DNA of 59,100 nt from an uncultured Gammaproteobacteria bacterium (GTDB lineage: Bacteria; Patescibacteriota; Microgenomatia; Levybacterales; UBA12049): the NCBI GenBank assembly GCA_964553245.1, contig CAZKJM010000003.1, positions 1 through 59,100 on the forward strand, given 5' to 3'. The notes beneath the pieces were generated by a model. It had not been told where the DNA came from. It searched no databases and saw only the letters and a list, made by a program, of their open reading frames with translations. Positions 47,872-57,091 of this stretch are shown here, piece by piece. The position numbers and the translations under genes were made by a program. Numbering within the stretch: position 1 is the first letter of the stretch; each line of letters opens with the position of its first letter.

Positions 47872-47895
47872 AACTCCTTGAAAGAGGAGTTTTTT
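47872..47895 (+). terminator. Intrinsic terminator after rplL
   Basis: AACTCCT-TGAAAG-AGGAGTT followed by a T-run. Confidence 0.75.
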
Positions 47896-47996
47896 AGTGG
47901 CTAATTCATTTTAGTCCCTTGACATTCTTGTTATACTTTGTTACTTTATAGATGATTAATATTCATAATGATTAATATTAATCTAGTATCAAAGCT

Positions 47997-48212
47997 ATGG
48001 CTGATCAAAATATATCAATCAACAATCTACCCGATCTTTTAACTGTTAGAGAAGTTGCTCAAGTATTAAGAGTATCCCCACTTACAATTAAACGCTGGGG
48101 TAAAAGAGGAAAACTTCCAGCCATTAGAATTAATTCAAGAGGAGACAGACGCTATAAAAAGGAAGCAGTCCTCTGGCTTTTGGGAATTCAGCAAAAAAGC
48201 GAAGTCGTCTAA
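47997..48212 (+). CDS. BldC/excisionase-like (HTH_17, MerR-type) DNA-binding protein
   Basis: LLTVREVAQVLRVSPLTIKRW..GKL.AIR...G.RRY pattern. Confidence 0.9.
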   Translation: MADQNISINNLPDLLTVREVAQVLRVSPLTIKRWGKRGKLPAIRINSRGDRRYKKEAVLWLLGIQQKSEVV

Positions 48213-48225
48213 CTACCTATAAAAA

Positions 48226-48993
48226 CTATTTAAAATCATTACCGACAATAACTAAAATATCTGCGTCCTTATAGCCTTGCTGATTTGATACTTGTGACTT
48301 AGCTACTACTCTACCGCCCAATATTGTTGCCACCTCTTTAGCAACCTGTTCATTTTTTCCAGATAAATCAGCAACAAAAGTAGTATCGTAATCGCTTTTA
48401 TCTGCTTTTAGCTGTACAGCTAATTCATAATTATCTATTTTTCCCAAAATCCTACTCTCTGCCTTATCGGTTATTCCAACAGTTTTGGTACCATTATATA
48501 AAGCAAATTTGATCTTTTCCTGTTTTGGAGTAAGAGTTGCCGTAGGAGAAGCCTGTTCTGTTTCTTGAATTTGTCCTAAATTAACAGGAGCAACATCAAT
48601 GATTTTGTTTATACTGGGTCTATATAGAATTATCTTTTTGGATTGAGAGTAAACTAAAACTTTATCTCCATTTTCCGCCTTAAGAAAAAACTGCTGATTT
48701 TGAAGCTTGTTTTTATCGGTAACTGTTGCTATTTGAGGCAATTCATTCTTGGGAAGCTCAATTAACTTACCTATTGTCTCTATTAATTTACTGTTTTCTT
48801 CTTCCGTTGAGATCTTTGTACTCCCTAAGAGTTTCTGTGCATTTTGATATTGGCTATAAAAATAAAATGAGGGAACAACAGCGATAGCAATTAATGAAAT
48901 CGCGAGTGCAATATATAAAATGTATTTTTTATTTATTTTTGTTGCCGCAGTCACAGTAATAAACATAATAGTTAAGCATAATACTTTTGTCAA
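48226..48993 (-). CDS. Membrane-anchored protein with a LytR C-terminal domain
   Basis: N-terminal TM; FALYNGTKTVG...ADILVIVG.D; the real start is probably GTG 48954. Confidence 0.8.
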   Translation of the reverse strand: MTKVLCLTIMFITVTAATKINKKYILYIALAISLIAIAVVPSFYFYSQYQNAQKLLGSTKISTEEENSKLIETIGKLIELPKNELPQIATVTDKNKLQNQQFFLKAENGDKVLVYSQSKKIILYRPSINKIIDVAPVNLGQIQETEQASPTATLTPKQEKIKFALYNGTKTVGITDKAESRILGKIDNYELAVQLKADKSDYDTTFVADLSGKNEQVAKEVATILGGRVVAKSQVSNQQGYKDADILVIVGNDFK

Positions 48994-49034
48994 TAATCTG
49001 GCTTTATTTTAAAATTATTGTTAACATAGAACTA

Positions 49035-51452
49035 ATGCACTATCTGTTAAAATTTTTATACAAAAATAAACTAAAAATGTTTATTGCGGTTTTTGCTCTT
49101 TTATTTTTTAAACAAGCCGCTTTTTCATCGGAATTAGATTTAAGCGTTACGGTTCCATCTAAAGCAACTGATTTTGAACTTACAGTTAATGCTGATGTTT
49201 CCGCTCCGGTCCCTCAATACGAAACTGTTACTTACGAAATAACCTATGGATCCAATTTGGATTATGCCGATAATTTAGAAATTCAGGCAGAATGGAGCCT
49301 GGGAACAATCGAAGGCGAATCAACACCAGCCGTAGATATTGCTGAATATGTCATCGGCAGCGCTTCAACTGCATACAATAGTACCCCCGCTGTAATTGAC
49401 CTAGTAAACAGAAAAATTATATGGAATATCAGTTCTTTTCCTGCCAATACAACAAATCAAACAGTAAGCTTTAAATTAAAAACAACCGCAAATTATACAG
49501 GTTCAAAGCAAGTTGCATTCACGATATCTTCAAGGCTCACCAACGACGATATGACTACTTCGGATGAAACTGTAACGAATTATTATGAATATGATCTAAG
49601 CATTACTCCATCCCCAACTCCAAGTCCAACATCAGCCCCTACTTCAACTCCAATAATCACTCCAACTCCAACCCTAACTCCTACTCCTGGTGCAACTGCT
49701 GTAACTTCATCTACTACTCCAACCCCAACAATATCGCCTACTCCAACGCCTATAATTCCTAAAACTCCGGTTATTGAAGATCTCATAATTAGATCATTAT
49801 CGAGTAATAATGCTGTTGTTTCTGTTACCACTGACCAAGCTACAACTGCTAAATTTTACTATGGAACTTCCCTTAAATCACTAACTAATACCATTAATTC
49901 ATTAACGCTAACAAAAGAACACGAACTTAACCTAGAGGACTTAATAGAAGAAACAACTTATTATTTTAAAGTAAATGTTACAAATGCTAATCTTAAAACC
50001 TCATTCTCTGATATTTTTACCTTTAAAACTCCCCCCATTTCAATTGCCCCTGAAGTAAATAACACTTCAGTTATTATCACTAGTAATAATAATGTTTTAG
50101 CTTCTCCTTCAATCGAAGGAATTACTCAGAAGCAACCAAATGCCTCAATTGTTATTCCAAAAGATACTATTTATGAGTTTAAATTTTCTTTAAAAAAATA
50201 TGAAAGCATAAAGGAAATAAAAGCAGTTTTAAAAAACAAAAATGTCTTAGGAATTAGTAGTTTTATAAGAGAAGCTGATGCAAGTGTTGTCTTAACTAAT
50301 ATTACTGAAATTGAGCCTGGAATTTTTATCGGGAAATTAAAAAGCCCTAAAGAGCCTGGAAATTACGAGGTAATTGTTCGAATTATTGATGTAAATGGAA
50401 ACATTAATGAACAAAAAATTGCTGATGTAAGAGTTTCAAGTCCTTTGTCAGTGTTTAATAAAAATAATAAACCAATTGAGGGAGCAAGATTATTACTTTA
50501 TTTATATAACGCAAGACTTGGAGAATTTGAACCAATCTCTTCAGAGAATATACCAATTAAAAACCCGAGTTTTTCAAACGCAAAGGGAGAATTTAATGTA
50601 GTTTTACCAAATGGGATATATAAAGCGGAAGTAATAGCAATTGGCTATGAAAAAAACACTCAAAATTTTAGAATAAACTTTCAAGGAGGAAATGACTACC
50701 CAAGGATTTTACTTAAAAGTCAAGGTTTTAGTGTTTTAAATTTAATTGAATATTACTGGGCAGCATTAAATGACTTTATAAGTCTAACTGCAAACTATGT
50801 TTCTCAAGTAACAGTCTCCGTTAGATTTTTTGAACTTATCTCAATTTTAATTATAATTACTTCAATTCTCTTATCTTGGCTGTCAATCTCTCTTAGAGCA
50901 CATATTCCAATCGTCTTTCTATTCTGGCATCCAATCGTAGAAATAAAAGACAGATTTACAAAACATAAATTGCAAAGATACTATTACGGAATTGTTACGG
51001 AGACAAATGGCTTTGCTCAAGGTAAAGCAATGGTCTATTTAATTAATGCTGATAAAAATATTATTCTTTCAAAAACAATGACCAATCATCTTGGTGAATT
51101 TTTCTTAAAAAGAGTTCCTGCAAAACATTACAAGATCCTAGTTGCAAAAAAAGGGTTTGAAATTAAGCCATTTTTTGAATACAGCTCTGAATCCTTGGAG
51201 ACAAATCAAAAACTCGTTTTAGAAATTAACCGATTAGAAGAACAAAAGCACATAATAATAACAGTTATCGAACGAACTTTTGATAGGATTGCTGAACTAA
51301 GCTTCTCTACCCTACTTGTAATCTCTCTCGTTTTTGAACTCTTGCTTACATTTGAAGTTGGTTTAGAAAAAGTAGCACCCTTTATTTTAATTTCACTTTT
51401 TAACATCTACCTTTGGGGTTTTTATTTACGAAAAGACCGCATTAAAAACTAA
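49035..51452 (+). CDS. Large membrane-anchored surface protein (beta-sandwich, PT linker, FN3-like and carboxypeptidase-regulatory-like domains)
   Basis: Signal peptide, TPTP-rich linker, FN3-like YYGTS/YYFKV, internal and C-terminal TM helices; start uncertain. Confidence 0.85.
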   Translation: MHYLLKFLYKNKLKMFIAVFALLFFKQAAFSSELDLSVTVPSKATDFELTVNADVSAPVPQYETVTYEITYGSNLDYADNLEIQAEWSLGTIEGESTPAVDIAEYVIGSASTAYNSTPAVIDLVNRKIIWNISSFPANTTNQTVSFKLKTTANYTGSKQVAFTISSRLTNDDMTTSDETVTNYYEYDLSITPSPTPSPTSAPTSTPIITPTPTLTPTPGATAVTSSTTPTPTISPTPTPIIPKTPVIEDLIIRSLSSNNAVVSVTTDQATTAKFYYGTSLKSLTNTINSLTLTKEHELNLEDLIEETTYYFKVNVTNANLKTSFSDIFTFKTPPISIAPEVNNTSVIITSNNNVLASPSIEGITQKQPNASIVIPKDTIYEFKFSLKKYESIKEIKAVLKNKNVLGISSFIREADASVVLTNITEIEPGIFIGKLKSPKEPGNYEVIVRIIDVNGNINEQKIADVRVSSPLSVFNKNNKPIEGARLLLYLYNARLGEFEPISSENIPIKNPSFSNAKGEFNVVLPNGIYKAEVIAIGYEKNTQNFRINFQGGNDYPRILLKSQGFSVLNLIEYYWAALNDFISLTANYVSQVTVSVRFFELISILIIITSILLSWLSISLRAHIPIVFLFWHPIVEIKDRFTKHKLQRYYYGIVTETNGFAQGKAMVYLINADKNIILSKTMTNHLGEFFLKRVPAKHYKILVAKKGFEIKPFFEYSSESLETNQKLVLEINRLEEQKHIIITVIERTFDRIAELSFSTLLVISLVFELLLTFEVGLEKVAPFILISLFNIYLWGFYLRKDRIKN

Positions 51453-54400
51453 ATACTTTCTCTATTCCATAATCGCTAAACCAATTACCATGCCTCATTT
51501 CTTGTGAATCTAACGGATCGCTTGATCCCCCGGATTCAATCCATTGCGGACAAACCATAAGAAAATCTACATCCCAGTTGTTTGCAGATGTTACTGTTGA
51601 TCTCTCTGTTCTAATACGCATATTTATTGTATTGGTTGCGTAGTTTACATAGTCATTTGGATTCTGCTGGAAGTAGAAATTAGTTGGTGCATTAAATACT
51701 GAATAAGTGGCTGAAGCATTATAAGTTGACCCATTTGTCCACCCTCCCATCGTACTGGTGTTAAGACCTGAATAATCTCGAAACTGATAGTATACTCTCT
51801 GCGAGGTTGTATTTGCTCTGTATCTTAAGAAATAACCATGGCCAGCAATTGATCCATGTTCTGGAACCTTAACTGAAAAGTTTGCGTTAACAGCAGCCGT
51901 GTATTCATTAACTACTGCATCTATGTCTCCATCGTAAGGATAAAAATCTGTTGCTCTTGTTGCAGCATCTGCCTCGTTTGCAATTACCCAAGGAGTAGTT
52001 GCTCCAATGGTATCAAGGGTTGCGGTATCTGTACAACTACCACTGCCACTGGTTCCAAGACTCAAATCGCAATCCGAAGCGCTTGAAACAGTAGTTCCCA
52101 GGGCAATAAAGGCAAAATCAAATCTAATTGTAACTGTACTATTAATATCACCGAAAAATCCAAGCCAAACCTGCTTATTTTTACTCACGTATTCATTAAT
52201 ATTAATATTGTTAAGTGCAATGTAATGAATTGTGTCCGTAGTTGAACAAGCGTATGCTGAACCAATGTTTACCCACTGATCAGAAGTAAAATTATAAAGT
52301 TTTGTTTGAACACTGGGTCCTGTATTGGTACAGTCAAACTCTATTCCAGCTGCAATAGTATTTATTCCTTCATATTTTCTAACATCATCAAATACCATAT
52401 ACGATTCAGATGGCAATTCTGAAGTTCCGGGTAACCCAACGTAATAACCGTCAGACCCATTGGCATTTGTTCCGCTAACCTGAGTAGGAGGATTTTCCGC
52501 GTTTATATAAGATCCAGCTACTGATCCACCTCTTATTTTAAGATATCCACTGGGATAATAATATGAGTCAATAACCGGCTGAACAGCGATATAATCCCAG
52601 TAATGAATAGCTGCTACAGAAGCTGGAGCATATGTTCTTATTAAAACTCTATTTACTCCTGGTTCCACAAAATTCGCTAGTGGAGTATTAACTGGAGTAT
52701 TTCCCGTATCAGAAGTTGTCCAATAGCCATTGTATATAAACCAACGATAAGTTCTTTGGGTTGTTTCGGCGATTGCGGCCCTTGCTGTTCCATTGGTTTT
52801 GTTTAAAGTTCTCCACCCACCACCAGTACATTCAGTGTCTGCAACGTTGTTTACAAAATTAGGATTCTTCCAATCACAAATTTGGTAATACCTGTTTAGG
52901 GTAGCAGCGCTTGCACTTGCAATTGTTGTAATTATTAATGTATTTGCATTGTTTAATCTTACATCATCTATTTGTACTTGCTGATTTAAACCATTACTAG
53001 TATCTTGATTAACCTGCCAATAAAAAACATCATCATTCATTGTCCCTTTGTATGACCCAGCACTACCTTGTGCTCTAAGTTGAGTTGGGATTTCTGTTCC
53101 TGATACAAGTTGGCCACCTGTTCCTATAAATTGAGCATTTAAAGAAGGGTAATCTCTTGCCTTTTGAATATACTGAACGCTTAAAAATATAAAATCAATA
53201 TCTGGGGAAACATTACTACCAACTAACGTTGATGCGCTGGTTCTAAATCTAATTGTTGATACTTGATCCCGCCTGTCTACATAGTCTGTTGGATTTGAAG
53301 CAAAATAATTAGTAATTATTGAGTCTGTGTAAGTATAGGTAGTTGTAGCGTTTGAGGTAGCAAAGTTTGTATATCCTCCCATCGTGACCGTATTTCCTCC
53401 TGATTCATCTTTCATTTGAGGATAAAGAGTTACGGTTGTTGCATTGGATCTAAAATATAATGCATATGCAAATCCAACGAGGCTAACATTGTTAGGGATA
53501 ATATTACTAATTCTTACGTGTGGTGTTGCAATTGCTTCATTTACGACATTATCAGCATCATTTCCATACGGGACATAGTCTGCTCTTCCATCTGCTTCCA
53601 ACTCTGTTGTTATTGACCAAGGATCAATATTTGTTGTATCCAAACTTCTGGTTTTTGTACAATCAGACGCCACTCCTGTTCCAAATTCTAATCTACAATA
53701 TTCACTACTTGAGTCTTTATTAGTCATCCCAACCATAATATACATATAATCAACTGTTATTGTTGTTGTAGCTGCCGATGAATCTCTAAGCCCTATTCTT
53801 GCTTCTCCATTTTGAACATAATCTTCAATTACAATGTTATTTTTTGCAAATCTATACACCGTATCTGAAGTTGGACATGCAGTAGTTGCTGAAGATAAAT
53901 CTTCAAAAAAACCCGTTTTAAAATTATAAATTTGAGGAATTATGTTTTGACCTGAGGCACCGCAGCTATATTCTCCTGCCATAACAATTGTATTAAATGC
54001 AGGTAATGTTTTTATGTTTTGAAATTTAAAATAAAAATCCGCTATCTCACTATCTGTTCCAGGAATAGAAAAATCAACATTGTCAGACCCTGTTGCGGCT
54101 CCATCTCCTGAAATTAAAGTCGGTGGATTTTGAGCATTAATATAACTGGTTGTTGCATCTCCGCCACTATTTTTCCCATATCCTGCAGGGTGATAAACAG
54201 GATCAATTACAGTTTGAACTGAAACTAAATCAAAATAATGAGTCGTTGCTATCAAACCAGTTGCTGAATATGCTCTGATTATCATTCTCTTATTGGCATT
54301 TATAAAATTAGTAATTGGGGTAGAAACAGGAGTATTGCTTGTCCCAACTGTTCCGCTATTCCAATAGCCGTCATAAATATGATAAGTTAATGTTCTTTCA

Positions 54401-54864
54401 TTAGTTTCATCAATGTATCTTCTAATTGAGCCGTCTGTCTTATTAAGTGTTCTCCATCCTCCAGAACAATTTCCGGACGTATCCGCAACAGTATCTGTAC
54501 TATTTACAAAGTCACAAATTTGATAGTAACGAGGATGTGTAGAATAATTGCTTTTTACTATCATTTTAATGATTAACTTATTAGCATTATTAGAGTCCAC
54601 GTTATCTAAGAAAACCTGTTGATCAAGGCCAGTTGAAGAATTAACATCGACATCCCAACGATATGCATCGTCGTTTAACGTCCCTTTCCATGATCCAATG
54701 TTTCCAGCCGTTGCTCCATTTGCATCTATTGTTCTTTCTGCCCCAACTACTAATTGCCCACCGGTTGGTGTAAATTGGCCAATTGCAAATGTGTCTTGTT
54801 TAAAAACAAATTGAAAGATTACTAAAAATAAAATTAAAATAATAAATTTATTATTTTTTAACAT
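51442..54864 (-). CDS. Secreted 1140-aa protein made of two ~548-aa tandem repeats
   Basis: Signal peptide; QF.(P/G)TGGQLV, RYYQICD, GGWRTLNKT and D.DF motifs repeated 1644 nt apart. Confidence 0.9.
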   Translation of the reverse strand: MLKNNKFIILILFLVIFQFVFKQDTFAIGQFTPTGGQLVVGAERTIDANGATAGNIGSWKGTLNDDAYRWDVDVNSSTGLDQQVFLDNVDSNNANKLIIKMIVKSNYSTHPRYYQICDFVNSTDTVADTSGNCSGGWRTLNKTDGSIRRYIDETNERTLTYHIYDGYWNSGTVGTSNTPVSTPITNFINANKRMIIRAYSATGLIATTHYFDLVSVQTVIDPVYHPAGYGKNSGGDATTSYINAQNPPTLISGDGAATGSDNVDFSIPGTDSEIADFYFKFQNIKTLPAFNTIVMAGEYSCGASGQNIIPQIYNFKTGFFEDLSSATTACPTSDTVYRFAKNNIVIEDYVQNGEARIGLRDSSAATTTITVDYMYIMVGMTNKDSSSEYCRLEFGTGVASDCTKTRSLDTTNIDPWSITTELEADGRADYVPYGNDADNVVNEAIATPHVRISNIIPNNVSLVGFAYALYFRSNATTVTLYPQMKDESGGNTVTMGGYTNFATSNATTTYTYTDSIITNYFASNPTDYVDRRDQVSTIRFRTSASTLVGSNVSPDIDFIFLSVQYIQKARDYPSLNAQFIGTGGQLVSGTEIPTQLRAQGSAGSYKGTMNDDVFYWQVNQDTSNGLNQQVQIDDVRLNNANTLIITTIASASAATLNRYYQICDWKNPNFVNNVADTECTGGGWRTLNKTNGTARAAIAETTQRTYRWFIYNGYWTTSDTGNTPVNTPLANFVEPGVNRVLIRTYAPASVAAIHYWDYIAVQPVIDSYYYPSGYLKIRGGSVAGSYINAENPPTQVSGTNANGSDGYYVGLPGTSELPSESYMVFDDVRKYEGINTIAAGIEFDCTNTGPSVQTKLYNFTSDQWVNIGSAYACSTTDTIHYIALNNININEYVSKNKQVWLGFFGDINSTVTIRFDFAFIALGTTVSSASDCDLSLGTSGSGSCTDTATLDTIGATTPWVIANEADAATRATDFYPYDGDIDAVVNEYTAAVNANFSVKVPEHGSIAGHGYFLRYRANTTSQRVYYQFRDYSGLNTSTMGGWTNGSTYNASATYSVFNAPTNFYFQQNPNDYVNYATNTINMRIRTERSTVTSANNWDVDFLMVCPQWIESGGSSDPLDSQEMRHGNWFSDYGIEKVFSF

Positions 54865-57088
54865 TATTCTCCTCCTCTATAGCACTTTTTGAAGAAGCAT
54901 CATCCTCAACACCTGCAACCATTTGGGATAAGCTTGGATTATTTTTTTCCTCTCCTAGGAAATCTTGTGCAAAAGCAATATTTTCTATCTCGTTATCGTC
55001 AGTTTCTAACTCTTCATTGCTTTGTAGATCCATAAAGGCGATGTTGCCATCTTTATAAAATGCTTTTTTATTTTGCCCAAATGCAATTTGGCTTTCTTCT
55101 TCTTGAGTCTTATCAATTGTTTGACTAAAGTAACTGTTTCCTGATATTTGATATCCATTTAGTGCATTTCCATCGGGAGATAACCAAAAAACACTTCCCT
55201 CTTTAAATGAAATCACTGAATTTTTCATTAACTCCTCTTGCGAGGCAATTCTTTGCCAAGACTCTCCATTTAATCTTTGCAAAACCCAAAGAGACTGATA
55301 ATTTGTTAATTTATTTTCCAATAGAAGAACCGATGAACCATCTTGACTTAAGATTTTTAAAACTTTCTCATTGGCAAGATCTGGTTTTTCGCCGTTCAAA
55401 AGAGCAATTGAACTCTTATCTAAAACCGTTTGATAAACCCTTTGGCTTTCAAAGCTTTGATTACTATTATCAAGATATCCTGTTTTTCCAGTAAAATAAT
55501 ATTGAAGTTTTGGATTGCTAGTATTTATTTTATACCCAAGAACTATTTCCTCACCCTTTTTAAGTTTTAAGTTCCAAACTAACTTTTTTGTTGAAAAAGA
55601 ATTTAATACGGTTGCAGGGAGCATATTTTGAGGATCAATTTTTCCAAAATACCCGTTTTTTTTATCAAGACTATTCTCTTCTAGGGAAAAATGCAAATGT
55701 GGCCCGGTGCTGATCCCAGTATTTCCAGAAAGTGCTATTATGGTACCTTTTGAAATATTTTGACCTACTTCAAATAATGCCCTACTTAAGTGGCCATAAT
55801 ATGTTCTTCCCCATTGATGTTTTACAACTACAGTTAATCCATACGATGTTTTATCGTTTCTTACATCCTCAATATATCCATCATCAACTGCATGGACATT
55901 ACTTCCCTCTTCAACTGCAAAATCTAAACCGTCGTGCTTTTCAAGACCTAAGGTTTTGATTTTTGCCCTAACTTCTTCCGGCTCATCTTCTCCAAAACCT
56001 AAAGTAAACACAAAATTATCCTGAACTGGATCAGTTAAATAATGTGTTGTGTTATCTAAAACTGAAGGAACTTTGTATTTTGCCGAATCTGTCCCTATTT
56101 CATCAAAAAACTTTGCATTTTCAAGCTCCTGTAAATCAAAATATTTGGAGACTAATTCAGTTAATTTCCCCTCAAAATCCTCATTTGCTCTAACTTTTAT
56201 TAAAACATCGTAATCTTTTTTGTAATGTAGCCTTGATGGAAAGATTTTTTGAATAGATAATTTATTGTTTTCAACAGTGAAGCTATCAAAAACTGTTTTT
56301 GCTATTCCTAAAGAAGAATCAGTTAAAATTATTTTATACTCTCCTATCTCTTTAACTTTGTAACTAAATGAGTAATTAGAATCGCTTATCGGTCTATGAA
56401 GACTACAATCAGAAGCCTTATTAATTGTTCCTTTCTCTGTTGAAAATTCTTCTTCGGTTCCACTTGGGCTAATTATTTTTAAGACTAGAATTGCTCCACA
56501 ATTTAAATCTTGATATTGATCAAGTGCTTCAATTTTAATATTTACCGTATCCTGGGGATTAATTGTTGTATTGTCAAAATTAATACTTAAAAAACCCCAG
56601 TTAATTTGTTTTTCTGCCAATATTTTATTGCTGGAATTTAAAACTTTAATTTTATAAATATTTGGCTTAAAAGAAATTGGAGGATAAAGTTTTATTTTTA
56701 AAATTTCTGATTCAAATTTTTCTTCTATTTCAACGGGGATTCTTGTTCCTGATTGATCAAAAAGACCAATAAAGTAATCTCCTTTTTCTAAATTTATAAC
56801 TTCAAAATCTATTGCCTCTGCTGCTTGAAAATCAGATCTCGAAAACAAGAGATAAATATCTGGACTCATAATTGCAGAACTATTATCAATCCTAATATTT
56901 AAATCCACCACCGCACCGCTAGTAGATGATTGATCATTGTTTAGAATTGGTGTCGGATCAACACTGATAACTTCCTCTTTATTATTCGCGCTTTTTGTTG
57001 CAATACTTAAATCTTCTTCTGCGTAGGTATATTTACCAAACGTCGATGAAATAAAAAATAATAAAAATATTACAGATAATTTTTTCAT
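54851..57088 (-). CDS. Secreted multidomain protein with an M23 metallopeptidase domain
   Basis: HDGLD, YGHLS, GNTGISTGPHLHF; Ig/MG2-like segments N-terminal. Confidence 0.9.
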   Translation of the reverse strand: MKKLSVIFLLFFISSTFGKYTYAEEDLSIATKSANNKEEVISVDPTPILNNDQSSTSGAVVDLNIRIDNSSAIMSPDIYLLFSRSDFQAAEAIDFEVINLEKGDYFIGLFDQSGTRIPVEIEEKFESEILKIKLYPPISFKPNIYKIKVLNSSNKILAEKQINWGFLSINFDNTTINPQDTVNIKIEALDQYQDLNCGAILVLKIISPSGTEEEFSTEKGTINKASDCSLHRPISDSNYSFSYKVKEIGEYKIILTDSSLGIAKTVFDSFTVENNKLSIQKIFPSRLHYKKDYDVLIKVRANEDFEGKLTELVSKYFDLQELENAKFFDEIGTDSAKYKVPSVLDNTTHYLTDPVQDNFVFTLGFGEDEPEEVRAKIKTLGLEKHDGLDFAVEEGSNVHAVDDGYIEDVRNDKTSYGLTVVVKHQWGRTYYGHLSRALFEVGQNISKGTIIALSGNTGISTGPHLHFSLEENSLDKKNGYFGKIDPQNMLPATVLNSFSTKKLVWNLKLKKGEEIVLGYKINTSNPKLQYYFTGKTGYLDNSNQSFESQRVYQTVLDKSSIALLNGEKPDLANEKVLKILSQDGSSVLLLENKLTNYQSLWVLQRLNGESWQRIASQEELMKNSVISFKEGSVFWLSPDGNALNGYQISGNSYFSQTIDKTQEEESQIAFGQNKKAFYKDGNIAFMDLQSNEELETDDNEIENIAFAQDFLGEEKNNPSLSQMVAGVEDDASSKSAIEEENNVKK

Positions 57089-57091
57089 AAA

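Noticed and set aside
47997-48212. Prophage or ICE excisionase
   Set aside because: No integrase or phage genes nearby; the sequence fits a stand-alone BldC-like regulator better
49600-49770. DNA tandem repeat or contingency locus
   Set aside because: Degenerate Pro-Thr linker codons, ordinary for surface proteins
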